From positions 1 to 64,000 of the IMG/VR virus record IMGVR_UViG_3300031992_000092: a stretch of 64,000 nucleotides of DNA; one strand, written 5' to 3'. Below are positions 23,401-35,558 of this stretch, piece after piece. Within the stretch, counting starts at the first letter, position 1; every line of letters starts with the position of its first letter. Source of the DNA: a virus. The position numbers and the translations under genes are program-made. The notes under the pieces were generated by a model. That model had not been told where the DNA came from, searched no databases, and worked only from the letters and a program-made list of their open reading frames with translations.

Positions 23401-26270
23401 ATTACAAAATTTTCAGCTCTGGTTTGAATAATAATTTTTTTAGTGTCACTATTATAATAAATGTATGGCCCAACATATTCTATATCATTAATAGTAGTTA
23501 TATATTGAGTACCATGTGGACTAACAATTCTTGTTCTAAAGTCTATACTTTTAATTTCTTGTAAAGAAACACCTTTAGTTGCAGAATAATTTTCTATCAT
23601 ATTCCGCAATGCCATCCCTGAATAAAATATATTATTATCAAAGCCATATGTTCTTTCTAGCAGCTCTTGGGTTACAGCTCTTTCTCTAATATATTTTCCA
23701 GGCCCATCAATTAAACCAGTAACATTAATATTAAAATTAGGAATAATACTTTCTTTAGTAGTATCATATTTTGATAAAATAACTTCGTTATCATTGTTAA
23801 GAGGAAGCTTATATCAAGGTTCATCCGTTGTTAATTGTTCATAACCATCTGTCTTTTCATAACTTTTATTAATTATAACAACATTTGCTGTTGGGATATA
23901 ATTTTTTAAACATTTTCTTAAAGTAGAATTATAAGATTTTGTTGCTCTATTAATAGTTTTCATTCTTCCTCAATCAACATCTGAGAAATTAATAGAACGT
24001 AAATCTGAACAACCTTTAAACATAGTATCTAAACCATAGATATAATATCAATCATAATATTTCTCATCATATCCTCTATGTGTTTTTCTATAATTAGTTA
24101 TATCTTCAAGATATATTTCATCACAAGGATCTTGAAAAGGAATTAATTCTTCTCTTGTAACAACAGGATTCATTTTAAAATTAGTAATATCAGTTAATCT
24201 CTCATCATCATTAAACATATATGCATAATTACAACAATAACTAGTATTAATTTTTTCAAAAGAAAAATCTTCAAGATAAATCATTCCAGAGAACATACCA
24301 GAACCATCTGCTGGAATATAAAATTCATTTTCTGGTGTTGCTACAATTAATGTTTTAGTATCATGGTCATAATCTCATGTTAAACTATTAGAATAAACTT
24401 TTTTACTATATTCATCTACTCTAACAACCAAACTATTAGGAAGCGGGAATAATACATTCGTTCTTCATTCTATATGTTTTATTACTTTTCCAGCAAATTG
24501 TTTACTAAAATTTTGACCTAAGAAATTATGCATAGAAGGATATTCATAATAAGGCTCTGGTTTGACTATACAATCTTCTCTAATATATCTACCTATTTGA
24601 TGAAGATTTAATTGATAAGTTCTAATACCAGTATTTTGTTCTATCATATAATATGGTAAAGCTAATCCAATATCTTTTAAATATCCATTTCTATTTTGGT
24701 CAAGACCTAATAAACTAGAAGCAGCATCTTTATTCATTCCTGCATCAACTGCTAATTTAAATAAATCTTGCATATAAGCTTGTACGTATTTGTCTTGAAT
24801 ATAATCACTATATGGAAGATTTACTGCTGGAGTATATTGACTATTCATATTAGTAAACATACCCTCTTGTACCATATTACCAGTAGTTAAATCCATTACT
24901 TCTTGAGTAACTACTTCCGTATATGACATTCTTCAATCAATACGAAGTCCAGCTTCTACACTATTTAATAAATCATATCCTGGCACTCCACTAATATTAT
25001 ATCCCATAAAGGCACTACTAGAAGTCATTGTATTAACTTCTGTATAAGTAGTAATACTAGGTTTAATTCCTTCAACTGTTTGAAAATCTTGTCGTGGACT
25101 ATAAGCATCATAATGTGCAATTTGTCATCCATTTACACTTAACATAGTTCTAGAACCTGTTAAAATTTCTTGTAAATTTCAACAATTATGAAAAGGAGAA
25201 TTTACATGCAATGTTTCTTTACCAGAATAGAAGAAATTAATTCAATTAGTTCAATCAATTTTCTTTAATTGGTAACATTCAGAAAACATTCCTGAAATAT
25301 TATTAATTGAAAAAACTGGACTATCAAAAGTAAATTCTTCAAGAGAAATACAAAAATGAAACATAAAACTTACATCTTTAAGAGATGGAACTTTTCAAAA
25401 TAAATTTCTAGGATTTGTTTTTAAACTATAACAATGAGAAAACATGTTTTTCATTGAAACCAAATTTGGAGCAAATATAGGTTCAATATTAACAGTAGTT
25501 AAATTAGGACAATATGCAAATGTTTCTTGCATATATGTAACTTTACTGATATCAATACCCTGAAGATTTGCTTCTACGAGATTTGGACATTCAGAAAACA
25601 TTTGAGTCATATTACTAGAACGTAATACTTTATCTCCATAAAATCTAAAATTAACAAATCCACATTGAGAAAACATTCCAATCATTTCACACTCATGATA
25701 AAAAGTTGGAAGTTTAACCTCAACTAAACAAGAACAATTTTTAAACATTCAATTTAAAATTCTAACATTGGAAGCGTCTCAAGAGGTCAAGTCAATTGTA
25801 TTAATACTTAAACAACCTTGAAATCAACCCTGAAAACTTTTAACCAATGAAGTATCTAAATTACCTATATTAAAGATAAGTCATAATTCACTCATACCAG
25901 AAAACATATTGGTCATATCTTCTGGAACTACAACTTTTCCATTAAATACAATATTTTTAATTTCACTATTATAAGCAGACCATGGATTAGTAAGATATTC
26001 TTCTGATAGGTAGGTAACTTTATCAGGATCACCAATTACTAATGTCCCATGGTCTGTAATAGCCCAAGGACAATCACCATTATATCCAGAATAAAGAATT
26101 TCTCCACCTCGAATATATTTTTCAAGGTCAGACATTTCTTTTCCTGGAAGGTCATCAATAGCAGAAGAAAATTCGTAAGGCATATAGGTTTCATCTCGCC
26201 CATTCTTCTCACGAATAGCATCTGCAATATCCGTTAAAACAGATTTTTTAATAAATACTTCTTCTGCCAT
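14496..26270 (-). CDS. giant receptor-binding/adhesin protein with DUF285/BspA-like leucine-rich repeats (about 3.9 k codons if a single gene)
   Basis: All 15 track ORF pieces between 26270 and 14496 are in the same frame. Junctions checked at 19421, 21215, 22526 and 20400-20520 are TGA codons that fit the repeat (W-x-VS-x-VT-x-M-x-x-MF). The repeat MFxxCxxLxxLDLSNFNTxxVTxMSxMF recurs dozens of times. The N-terminus MAEEVFIKKSVLTDIADAIREKNG is shared with the two upstream receptor-binding genes. In-frame TAA/TAG between the checked points is not excluded. Confidence 0.45.
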
Positions 26271-26282
26271 TTTATCTCCTTT

Positions 26283-29200
26283 TTAATTTGGGTAAATTAC
26301 TCTATAAGTATCTGCTACATTTGCGGGAATATCGTATGTAATTTCACCAGTTGTTTGACTTTCATATCTAATATCAGGACTGGCCGCACTAGCTCTTTTA
26401 TTAATACTAAATTCCCTATTAGCATAAAAATACATTTCTACATTATCTCCCATAATAATTTTATCTAATAAATATCCACCATCTTTACCACTACTAGCAG
26501 ATAAAAAATAAGTTGTTGTGGGAGCGAAACCTTGATTTAATTCAATTTCTAATCCAGATAAATCAAGAGTTTTAATACATTCACATCCTGTTAAAGCATA
26601 ACTAGCATTAACTGTAATAGTAGGTCTATAAGAACCTTGATAAACTTCAACAGAATCTTTTAATTTAAGAGGTAATAATTTAAAATAATTTTCTTCTCCA
26701 TTTGGACCAACTTGGTCTAATCCTAATCTTCTACAATTATAAAACATTTGTTCCATATTATTTAATTCTAATGGCTCCATATTTTGCGGGAAATCAACCC
26801 TTCTAAGATTAATACAGTTAGCAAACATATAAGCCATATTTTTAATAAGAGTAGGATTCAATTCTCAAGTAGAAATATCTACACTATATAAACTAGAACA
26901 ATATCTAAACATTTGAGCACAAGTAGTTAATGCTCCTACTGCTCATTGCGGGAAAGCAAGATTTTCTAAACTTGAACAATTTAAAAAAGCTCCTTGTAAG
27001 TTAATAAAAACAAAAGATGAAGATGTTTCAGGTTGATTAAAAATATGTAAATTAGTACAACCAGAAAACATTTCTTGTCCAATAAATGCTTGTCTAGGAG
27101 CTTGATTAAAAAATGTAATCTCATTTAACATTGTACATTTTTCAAGAATATTTCTAATATTCGTACAACTATATAGATTTAATGGCCGCAAATCAATTTC
27201 TTCAAGATAAGTACATCCTGAAAACATATAAGACATATTAACCACATTCTTTGTATTAAAAGTAGATAAATCAATTTGAGGCAATGTTTTACAATTCTGA
27301 AACATATAACTCATATCAGTGACCCGCACAGTAGTAATATCATTAAATTCTATTTCAATTAATCCTGTAAATGATGCAAATAACTTTGCACTATTGGGAG
27401 CAAAGAAAATTAATCTATTTGGAGTAAATACACTAAGTTCTCCACTTTCTATATCAAATGCAGCATAAGCTCCTGCATTATTATAATAATCTCCTACAGC
27501 TACATAGAAATCTAAATCAAATAAATCTTCGTCCATATTAGCATCTGTAGCATAAAAAATAATTTTTCTTACTTGACTATCTACTGTAGCAGAAGTAGTT
27601 TTAGTATTGCTCATATCATCATTAATAAAGTTTTTAATTCTTTTATTAAAGTTCTCTCCATTAGTTAAACTACCACAACCATAATATACGTCTCCACCAT
27701 CTGGAACTATCGTACCTATAATATAAATATCCTCTGCTGTTATAACTTCTTCAAGACTTGCAGAATACATATTAACTGAGAATTTAATAGATTTTTCATT
27801 TTGAAAATAAGCAATATCATAACCTTGTGGAATAACCAATGTTCTAATACTACCACAATTTGTTAACATATCAGTAGCATTAATTGAGCTATTTGGTAAA
27901 CCAGATGTTGAACTACCATTAAGAATTAAATTACTAAAATCAACTTCTTTTAATCTATAACAATTTTGTAAAAATCCTGTAAAATTAGTTACACTATATG
28001 TACTAAAAGGTAAAACAAATTCTGTAAATTGAACACAATTATTAAACATATTTGACATATTTTTTACTCTAGAAGTTGTTTCAAAAGAATCAAAGAATGT
28101 CATATTCTCTCATTTTAAACTAGTACATCCTTGAAACATACTAGCCATATTTGTAACATTATCCATATCAAAATTAAATAAATCTATTCCAGTTAAATTA
28201 CTACAATTTTGGAACATACCACTCATATTTGTTACATTTGAAGTATTCCAATAGGTGAGATTTAATTGATTAGAACCTTTTCAATTTGCAAAAAAACTAG
28301 CTAAAGAAGTGCGGGCAGAGACATCTCAATAAGTTGTATCTATTTCCGCAGGACAATTTCTTCAAAAATTGCCAAATGGAACATCTTTAGTAATAACTCA
28401 TCCAGCACCAGTTTCTACTTTTTCTAGAGAAGTACATCCATCAAAAAATGCTTCTAAAGAAATTGTTACACCTGATAAGTTTAATTTTGATAAATTTATA
28501 TTTTTTAAAGAAGAACAATTTGCAAAAACAAATCGAGCAAAACATAAAACAGAAGTTGTTTCTCAATTACTGCAATCAAGTTCTTCTAATTTTTTACAAT
28601 TATAAAAAGCATAATTTAATACAGATAATTTTTTAAGATTAGAAAAATTTTGGTATATATGAATTAAATTTTGACATTCATTAAAAGTATAGTGAAAAGT
28701 TGTTAGATTTCTTCCATCTCCAATTGAAGTTAAATCTACTTCAACTAATAAAGAACAATTATTAAACATTGATTGAAGAGATTCTACTGATTGCATATTA
28801 GATGGAAACTCAATAGCTCTTAATTGAGAACAAGAATTAAAAGCTGAATCAAAATATTTAACATTAGAAAAATCATTTTGAGAAAAATCTATTGCTGTTA
28901 AATTTGTACAATTTCTAAATAAACCTCTCATATCTATTACATTAGAAGTATTAATATTTTCAAAACCTAAAACTAATCAAAGAGAATCTAGTCCTCCAAA
29001 TAAACCCATAATAGAAGTTTGTACTTCTATTGGTTCATCAATAATAATTAACCTAATATATTGTCTATAATTATATCAATAAGACCAATATAAAGTTTCT
29101 GTAATATCTTTCTTTTGAGCCACATTTCAACGACTATAATTAGAACCACCATTAATTCAAATATTACTAGTATTTGGTTCAGGTAATTCTCCACCATGAA

Positions 29201-29843
29201 TAAAAAGAACACCTTTTCTAGAAATTTCTCATCTACATGTGCCAATAGTACCAGAATATAAAGGTTCAGTTTCTTTAATAAAAGATGATAAAAATACATC
29301 TGTATCAATTAAATCTATTGCGGGAGCCATCTCAGAAGGAGTATAAGTATCTTCAATTCCTTCTAATTTATATCTAATAGCATTTGCAATATCAAATAAG
29401 TCTTGCTCTTTTACAAGAACAAGACTTTCAGGTTTACTATTTTCAACTACTGTATAAGCATAAAAATTTTGATTAGTTGTTATATCAGTAGTATAATCAA
29501 AAACTAAAGTATGCGCTCCTTGCGGGACTTCAATAGTTCCCTCTTGTAAACTTGAAATATTACCATTTCCAGCTTTATAAGAAATAATCTTTCCATAAAC
29601 ATTAAGAAAAGCTATTCCTCCTAAAGTAGAAGAATTTTGGAAACCATAATATAATGTTTTTCCAACTTGAGTAGTAATATCTGCAAAATAATAATTTCAT
29701 AAAGAAGAATTTTGAGTGGTACCAGCAGCATAATTAGTACCACTTCATTCTCCAGATTTAACGAGGTAAATAGCTCCAGAGACTATAGGAGCATCCTTTA
29801 AAATATTTATGTGTTTTGCATAAGAATCTCCGCTACCAGCCAT
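26283..29843 (-). CDS. receptor-binding protein 2, DUF285/BspA-like LRR repeats (~1186 aa)
   Basis: Start ATG (rc 29841-43) after AAAGGAGG RBS. All track pieces are in one frame. N-terminal ...LFDIANAIRYKLEG...LYSGTIGTC is shared with the other receptor-binding genes. C-terminus ...NVADTYRVIYPN*. Confidence 0.55.
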
Positions 29844-29853
29844 TTAACCTCCT

Positions 29854-32800
29854 TTAATTATATTGAATTGTATAAGTATCAGCTATATTTGGTGGAATAG
29901 CATTAAACTCTTCATTATTAGTATTAACATAAGTAATTAATGATGTGCTTGGCTCTCTAGCTGTAAAGTTCTTATTACCAACAAAATAAGCACCAATTAA
30001 ATTACCAGTAATAATTGTATCAAGAGCATATCCACCTTGAGCACCAGTTTCAGCAGTTAAGAAATCTGTTGTATCTGGTAATGCATTCGTGTTATTTCTA
30101 TAAAGACCCATCTTAGAGAATTTATAAATATATTCTCTACCATCTGAAACTTCAGCCAAATAAATAATACAATATACGGTAGTACGATTACCACTGTTAA
30201 AATTAACAAGATATTCATAAGATTGTTCTGAAGCCATATTATTAAAATTAACACTACTAACAATAGAATCTGAAATACCACCTTGATAATTAGATGCACT
30301 TCCCGCAATATAATATCTAGCATTTCCATTATATCCACTAGGAGTATTAAAAGCTAATGAAAAAGTATAATTTGTATTAGCAATAACAGAGAGTGGTATA
30401 ACAATTTTTTCATATCCGCCACGTCCTGTTAACTTCATGGTATTTATATCATTAACATTATCATACTCATTATTAAAATTAGTATTTGCATAATTATCAA
30501 TATTATAACGATTTCAATTATTAATATTCTTTTGATTTGCAGTTAATAAATTAGTATTATCTAATGTTTCAGTAGAAATAATATTTAATTTACTTAAGTC
30601 TAATTCTTTAATTCCTTTACAACCAGCAAGAACACCTTTAGCATTAATTCTTGTAGTTGAATTACCAGAAATAACATTTTGTAGTAGGAATCCTGGTAAT
30701 GTAAATGCACTTGGAATAAAACTGTATTCTTCATTTACTAATGTTCTGGTAGTCCCAAGTTTCTCACAATTTTGGAACATATAAGAAATATCAGTAGGAA
30801 TTAAAGTAGGCATATCAATTGGGAATTTAATAGAATAAAGATTTCTGCAATTTTGGAACAATCTTGGTAATTTCTTTAATACATCATTATCAAATTCTCA
30901 ATCTTCAATATCTATTGTTTCAAGATTAGTACAATCAGCAAAAATATAAGATAATGAACTTAATCCTGTAACATTTCAATTATTTAAATCTAAGCTTGTT
31001 AATGAACTGCATTGATAAAATGCTCCATCTAAATTAGAAAAATTAAATAAACCATTTGTTGCTGGTTGATTAAAAGTAGATAAACTTGTACATCCAACAA
31101 ATAATTCTTTAGCATTCAAAGGATTTTGTCCAACTTGATTAAAGAAAGTTAATGTTTCAAGTTGATTATCATTCATAAACATTGTTTCAATATTCGCAAG
31201 AGCATTTGTTTCAAAATAAGTTAAATCAATACTCTTTAAGGATACACAATTATTAAAACAATTCTTAAATGATTGATTCTTAGCTGTATTAAATAAAGTA
31301 AAATCAAATGATTCCATTGAACGACATTCTTGGAAAGCACTTTCAAAAGTAGTAACTGAATAAGTGTTAATATAGGCAAAGTTAATTTGTTCCAATGCCC
31401 GCATTCCTCTAAATAAGCTTTCACAATTCTTATTAAATAAAATAAATCGTTCATTTGTTACTATTGTCATAGTAGCTGTTTCTTCATCTCACTTAGCATA
31501 AGCTCCAGCTCTATTATAGTAACATCCAATCCCATACCAACTACTATCATTTTCAAAGAATTCTTCATTTTGATCTCCAGTAGCAAGTTGGAAATTAATA
31601 ATTTTAATATTAGAATCCATTTGACTATAGCTTGTAGAACTATAAGCGATACCAGAAGCGAGATATTTAAGATAACCATTAACTTCTCTACCAGTAGAAA
31701 GAGCTCCACAACCATAATATGTTTTTAATCCAGTATAAATACCTCAATCCATATCATAAATTTGTTCTGGTAAAATGTCTATACTAGCATTAGCTTCATA
31801 CATATAAATTGGGAAGCATGGTTGATATCAAGTATAAATATCTGTTAAAGTATATAAATTAGTTTCTACTTTAACTGGTATAAATAAATTTGAATCATAA
31901 GAATTACCAACATATAATTCTCTTAAATTTGAACAATTCTTCAACATATTTTGAGCGTTAATAGAATGAGCTTTTGCAGTTCCATCGTCATTATCTGCTC
32001 CATGTAATATTCAAGTTGTTCAATCAATACTTTTTATTTGATAACAACCTTGTAACATTTTTTGATAATTAGTTACATGATAAGTACTAAAAGGAAAATG
32101 AAACTCGTTAAATAAAATACAATTTTCAAACATTGATTCAACATTAGTAACATTTCTTGTACTATCAAAATCATAAAAGAAAGTAATATCTTCAAGTTTT
32201 AAATTTTTACAATTATAAAACATATAAGATAAATCTGTACATTTAACAGGCTCAAAACTAAAAATACTAACACCTGTTAAATTAGTACAATTTCTAAATA
32301 ACGACTTCATATTTAAAGCATTTGAAGTATCTCAAAGAGTAAAATCTAATATTTGATTACCTTTCCAATCTTGGAAAAATGCTTCAAAACTTTGTAATGC
32401 TGAAACATCTCATTGTCTTGTATTTAAATAAGCAGCACAATTAGCAAACATTTGTTGAACATTTGCATTAGCATTAAATACTCAACCATTATTTGTTTTA
32501 ATTTCTCCAAGAGCAGTACAACCAGAAAAAATTTGATTTAATGTAGTAGCTCCTGAAATATCAAAACCAGATAAATCTAAAACAGTTAAACAAACACAAT
32601 TTTGAAATGTTTGTTGTAAATTTGTTAAAGCATTGGTAGTAATTCATTTAGAACAATCAAGATTTGATAATTTTGTACAATTTCTAAAAGCATATCTTAA
32701 ATTTTGTAATTTAGATAATCTTTTAAATCTAGTAGTAATACTTCCAAGTGCGGGACATCCATCAAAAGTACATTCCATATTAACAATATTTCTTCCTTCA

Positions 32801-33507
32801 TCCAAAAAAGAAATATCAATTTTATCTAATAATACACAGGCTGCAAAAGCATATTGTAAATTCTGAACATCATATCCACAATGATAATCAACATAATTAA
32901 TATCTGGAAACTTAATTTCCATTATTTGTGAGCAACCATTAAAGATATAAGACATATCTATAATATTTGTAAAATCATTTACAGAAAAATCAATTCCCGC
33001 AAGTCCTTTACAATTTTGAAACATAAAACTAATATTGCTAGTTTTAGTTAAATTTAAATAGTTCATACTATTTATTAATCAAAGTTTATCAAGTCCCGCA
33101 AAGAAATAAGACATATCTGCTCCTGCAATAACAGGACCTTCAAAACTTACTAATTTAATAAAACTTCTATAATCATACCAAGGAGAGTTTGTTTTTCCAG
33201 TATCCCGCACAAAATCTTTTCCATTTTCACATTTCCCTCGACTTATATCAGGCAGGACTCCCGCATATAAAAACAAAACTCCCTTAGTAGAAATTTCTCA
33301 AGAACAAGTTCCAAAAGTACCAGAATATAAAGGCGTTTTATCATGAAGAAAAGAGGTGACGAAAGTATTAGTCTGAATTGAACGAATAGCGTCAGCCATT
33401 TCTCCAACTTTATAATTTTTAGAATAATCTCCTAATTTATTTCTAATAGCATTACCCATATCTGTTAGATATTGTTTGCTAATAATCACCCTTTTCTCTT
33501 CACTCAT
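29854..33507 (-). CDS. receptor-binding protein 1, DUF285/BspA-like LRR repeats (~1217 aa)
   Basis: Start overlaps the tail-fibre stop (TAATG). All 7 track pieces are in one frame. N-terminus MSEEKRVIISKQYLTDMGNAIRNKLGD...LYSGTFGTCSW. C-terminus ...NIADTYTIQYN*. Confidence 0.55.
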
Positions 33508-35546
33508 TAGAACTCCATTCCATCTGCATATTCATAATCTGGAATATAAAAAGTGACAGTTTCACCATTAATAGTAATACTTCCCAATTCAATTCCACTC
33601 TCATAAACTGAAGTTGCAGATACCATATCCTTATTGACGGAAACTCGCCCATCTCCTGTAATAATTAAATTATCTCCAATTTTGATACCACCAATTACAT
33701 CTGCTGTTGCTATTGGCATAGAACCAATAGTACCATCAGGATTAATAACAGTAGTACCAATAATATCATCAATCATACTATTAGTAGTTTCTTTTACATC
33801 AAGAACACCTGCTCCACTAATAGTAAAGCTATTTTCACTAGCAATTATACCACCTAAAACACTATTAGAAGCAGGATTCAAATGAACAGTATAACTACCA
33901 TCTTGTTCTAATTCTTGTCTAAAAGTAGAAGAAAGTGCGGGTAATGTTAAACTTCTATTTCTAACACTTTTCTCATGTCCGTATTGATCAAAAATAATAT
34001 AAGGGAAGATTAATTGACCACCAAGCATTAAATTAGCTGCATCTTGATATCCAGCAGCCGTCATAACACCAGAACCACTATCATGTGTAATGGTCATTCC
34101 TAAATCTTCATCATAAATAATTTTTAATCCACTATCTTCTAATATATTTAAAGCTAATACATTATTTTCAGTTAAATAAATAGGACTAATATCTGAATCT
34201 ACTCTTACACCACCTAATGCAGATTTAGTGGCTGCTGGTAATACATAAGCAGTTCTAACAGACAAAGTTCCTAAAGCATCTACAACAATTGTTCTACCAT
34301 CAACCATAACAGAACCAAGAGTTGTAGTAGATGCTATTTTAGTATTAGCGGAAATATGACCTTCATCATCTATTGTAATTGTATCATTATCAATTTTAAC
34401 TCCACCTAAACGATCATGAGTCGCCATTGTAATTGAAAAATCTGAAAAAGTAGTAGATAAAACTCCATTTTCATCTATTTGAAGAGTTTCACCATCAACT
34501 ATAATACCACCTAGAGTTGATTCTGTAGCCATAGGTAACTCATAGCTAAAAACACTACTAATAGTACCAGTAGCATCAATAGTAATAGTTTCATTATCTA
34601 CCATAACTCCACCTAAAGTATTATTAGATGCCATAGGTAATTCATATGAGCTATCTATTGTAGAAATAACTCCATTTTCAATAACAATAGAAGTATTATC
34701 AGGTCTAACTAAACCATAAGAAGAATCATCTGCAAATGGTACAGAAATTACTCCACGGTCATTAATTAAAATAGTTTGACCATCTGGAATAACTCCACCA
34801 AGAATTGATAAAGTAGCAATAGGTAATGTATAACTTTGCGGGAAATCAACAGACAAATAACCATCCTCATCAATTGTTACATTGTCCCCTGCCCGCACAA
34901 TACCTAAAGTATTATCTGTAGCAACGGGTAAAGCTAAATCTGTAAAATCGACATGGATAAAACCATATTCATCCATTTTAATAGATTCATTATCAATTCT
35001 TACACCACCTAAAACAGATGATGAGGCTCTTGGTAATTCATAAATAGTATCTGTAGCAGATAAGACACCATCTTGAGTAATTTGAAGATTTTCACCAACT
35101 TTAATTCCTCCTAAAGTATTAGCTGTAGCAGGATTTAAAGTATATTGTTTTGCGCTTAAAACTCCATTTTCTACAAAGATAGTAGTATTATCTGGTCTTG
35201 AAATACCTTTAGTATAAGCAGTAGCATCTCCAATAGAAGAAATATCTGGTGTAGTTCCACTTTCAGAATCTCCACCTTCTCCATTAGTAATATCTGAAAT
35301 TTCTTCATTAGTAGCAATAGTATCATTACCTGTACCACTGCCACCCCCACTACCACCAACTACTGTTAATACTCCTTGATTAACAGTAATTGTTTCATTA
35401 TCTGGCATTACTAGTCCCGCAACGGAAGCTGTAGCAAGTGCTAATTTAGCATCAATTAAACGCATATTTTCATTAAAGATACTAATATCAGCATCTTCAT
35501 TATAATCTGGTAATGTTAGTCCCAAATTGGGTGTATAAGTTGCCAT
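33507..35546 (-). CDS. tail fibre protein with repetitive beta-solenoid-like segments (679 aa)
   Basis: Continuous ORF with GGAGG RBS. N-terminus MATYTPNLGLTLPDYNEDADISIFNEN. Contains about 12 copies of a degenerate T-LGGV-VDNETITID--G-IS repeat. Confidence 0.65.
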   Translation of the reverse strand: MATYTPNLGLTLPDYNEDADISIFNENMRLIDAKLALATASVAGLVMPDNETITVNQGVLTVVGGSGGGSGTGNDTIATNEEISDITNGEGGDSESGTTPDISSIGDATAYTKGISRPDNTTIFVENGVLSAKQYTLNPATANTLGGIKVGENLQITQDGVLSATDTIYELPRASSSVLGGVRIDNESIKMDEYGFIHVDFTDLALPVATDNTLGIVRAGDNVTIDEDGYLSVDFPQSYTLPIATLSILGGVIPDGQTILINDRGVISVPFADDSSYGLVRPDNTSIVIENGVISTIDSSYELPMASNNTLGGVMVDNETITIDATGTISSVFSYELPMATESTLGGIIVDGETLQIDENGVLSTTFSDFSITMATHDRLGGVKIDNDTITIDDEGHISANTKIASTTTLGSVMVDGRTIVVDALGTLSVRTAYVLPAATKSALGGVRVDSDISPIYLTENNVLALNILEDSGLKIIYDEDLGMTITHDSGSGVMTAAGYQDAANLMLGGQLIFPYIIFDQYGHEKSVRNRSLTLPALSSTFRQELEQDGSYTVHLNPASNSVLGGIIASENSFTISGAGVLDVKETTNSMIDDIIGTTVINPDGTIGSMPIATADVIGGIKIGDNLIITGDGRVSVNKDMVSATSVYESGIELGSITINGETVTFYIPDYEYADGMEF

Positions 35547-35558
35547 CTATCCTCCGTT

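Noticed and set aside
26039-26237. Short overlapping ORFs on both strands (26039..26227 minus, 26049..26237 plus), and similar ones at 30057..30338, 31236..31454, 31467..31715, 35171..35359, 33634..33885, 58561..58791, 58867..59121 and 53041..53384
   Set aside because: They lie inside, and out of frame with, long conserved-motif genes. They are low-complexity (Leu/Ile/Lys-rich) and lack RBSs. They are artefacts of AT-rich sequence.
14500-33500. Possibility that the highly repetitive 15-33 kb region is a CRISPR array or other non-coding repeat
   Set aside because: The repeats are degenerate at DNA level, are in frame, and encode a coherent leucine-rich repeat (MF..C..L...). They have no constant-length spacers. 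This is a protein-coding repeat.
33507-35546. Diversity-generating retroelement targeting the tail fibre or receptor-binding genes
   Set aside because: There is no reverse transcriptase gene and no template/variable repeat pair differing at adenines in the window. The similar C-termini of receptor-binding proteins 1 and 2 differ by ordinary substitutions.
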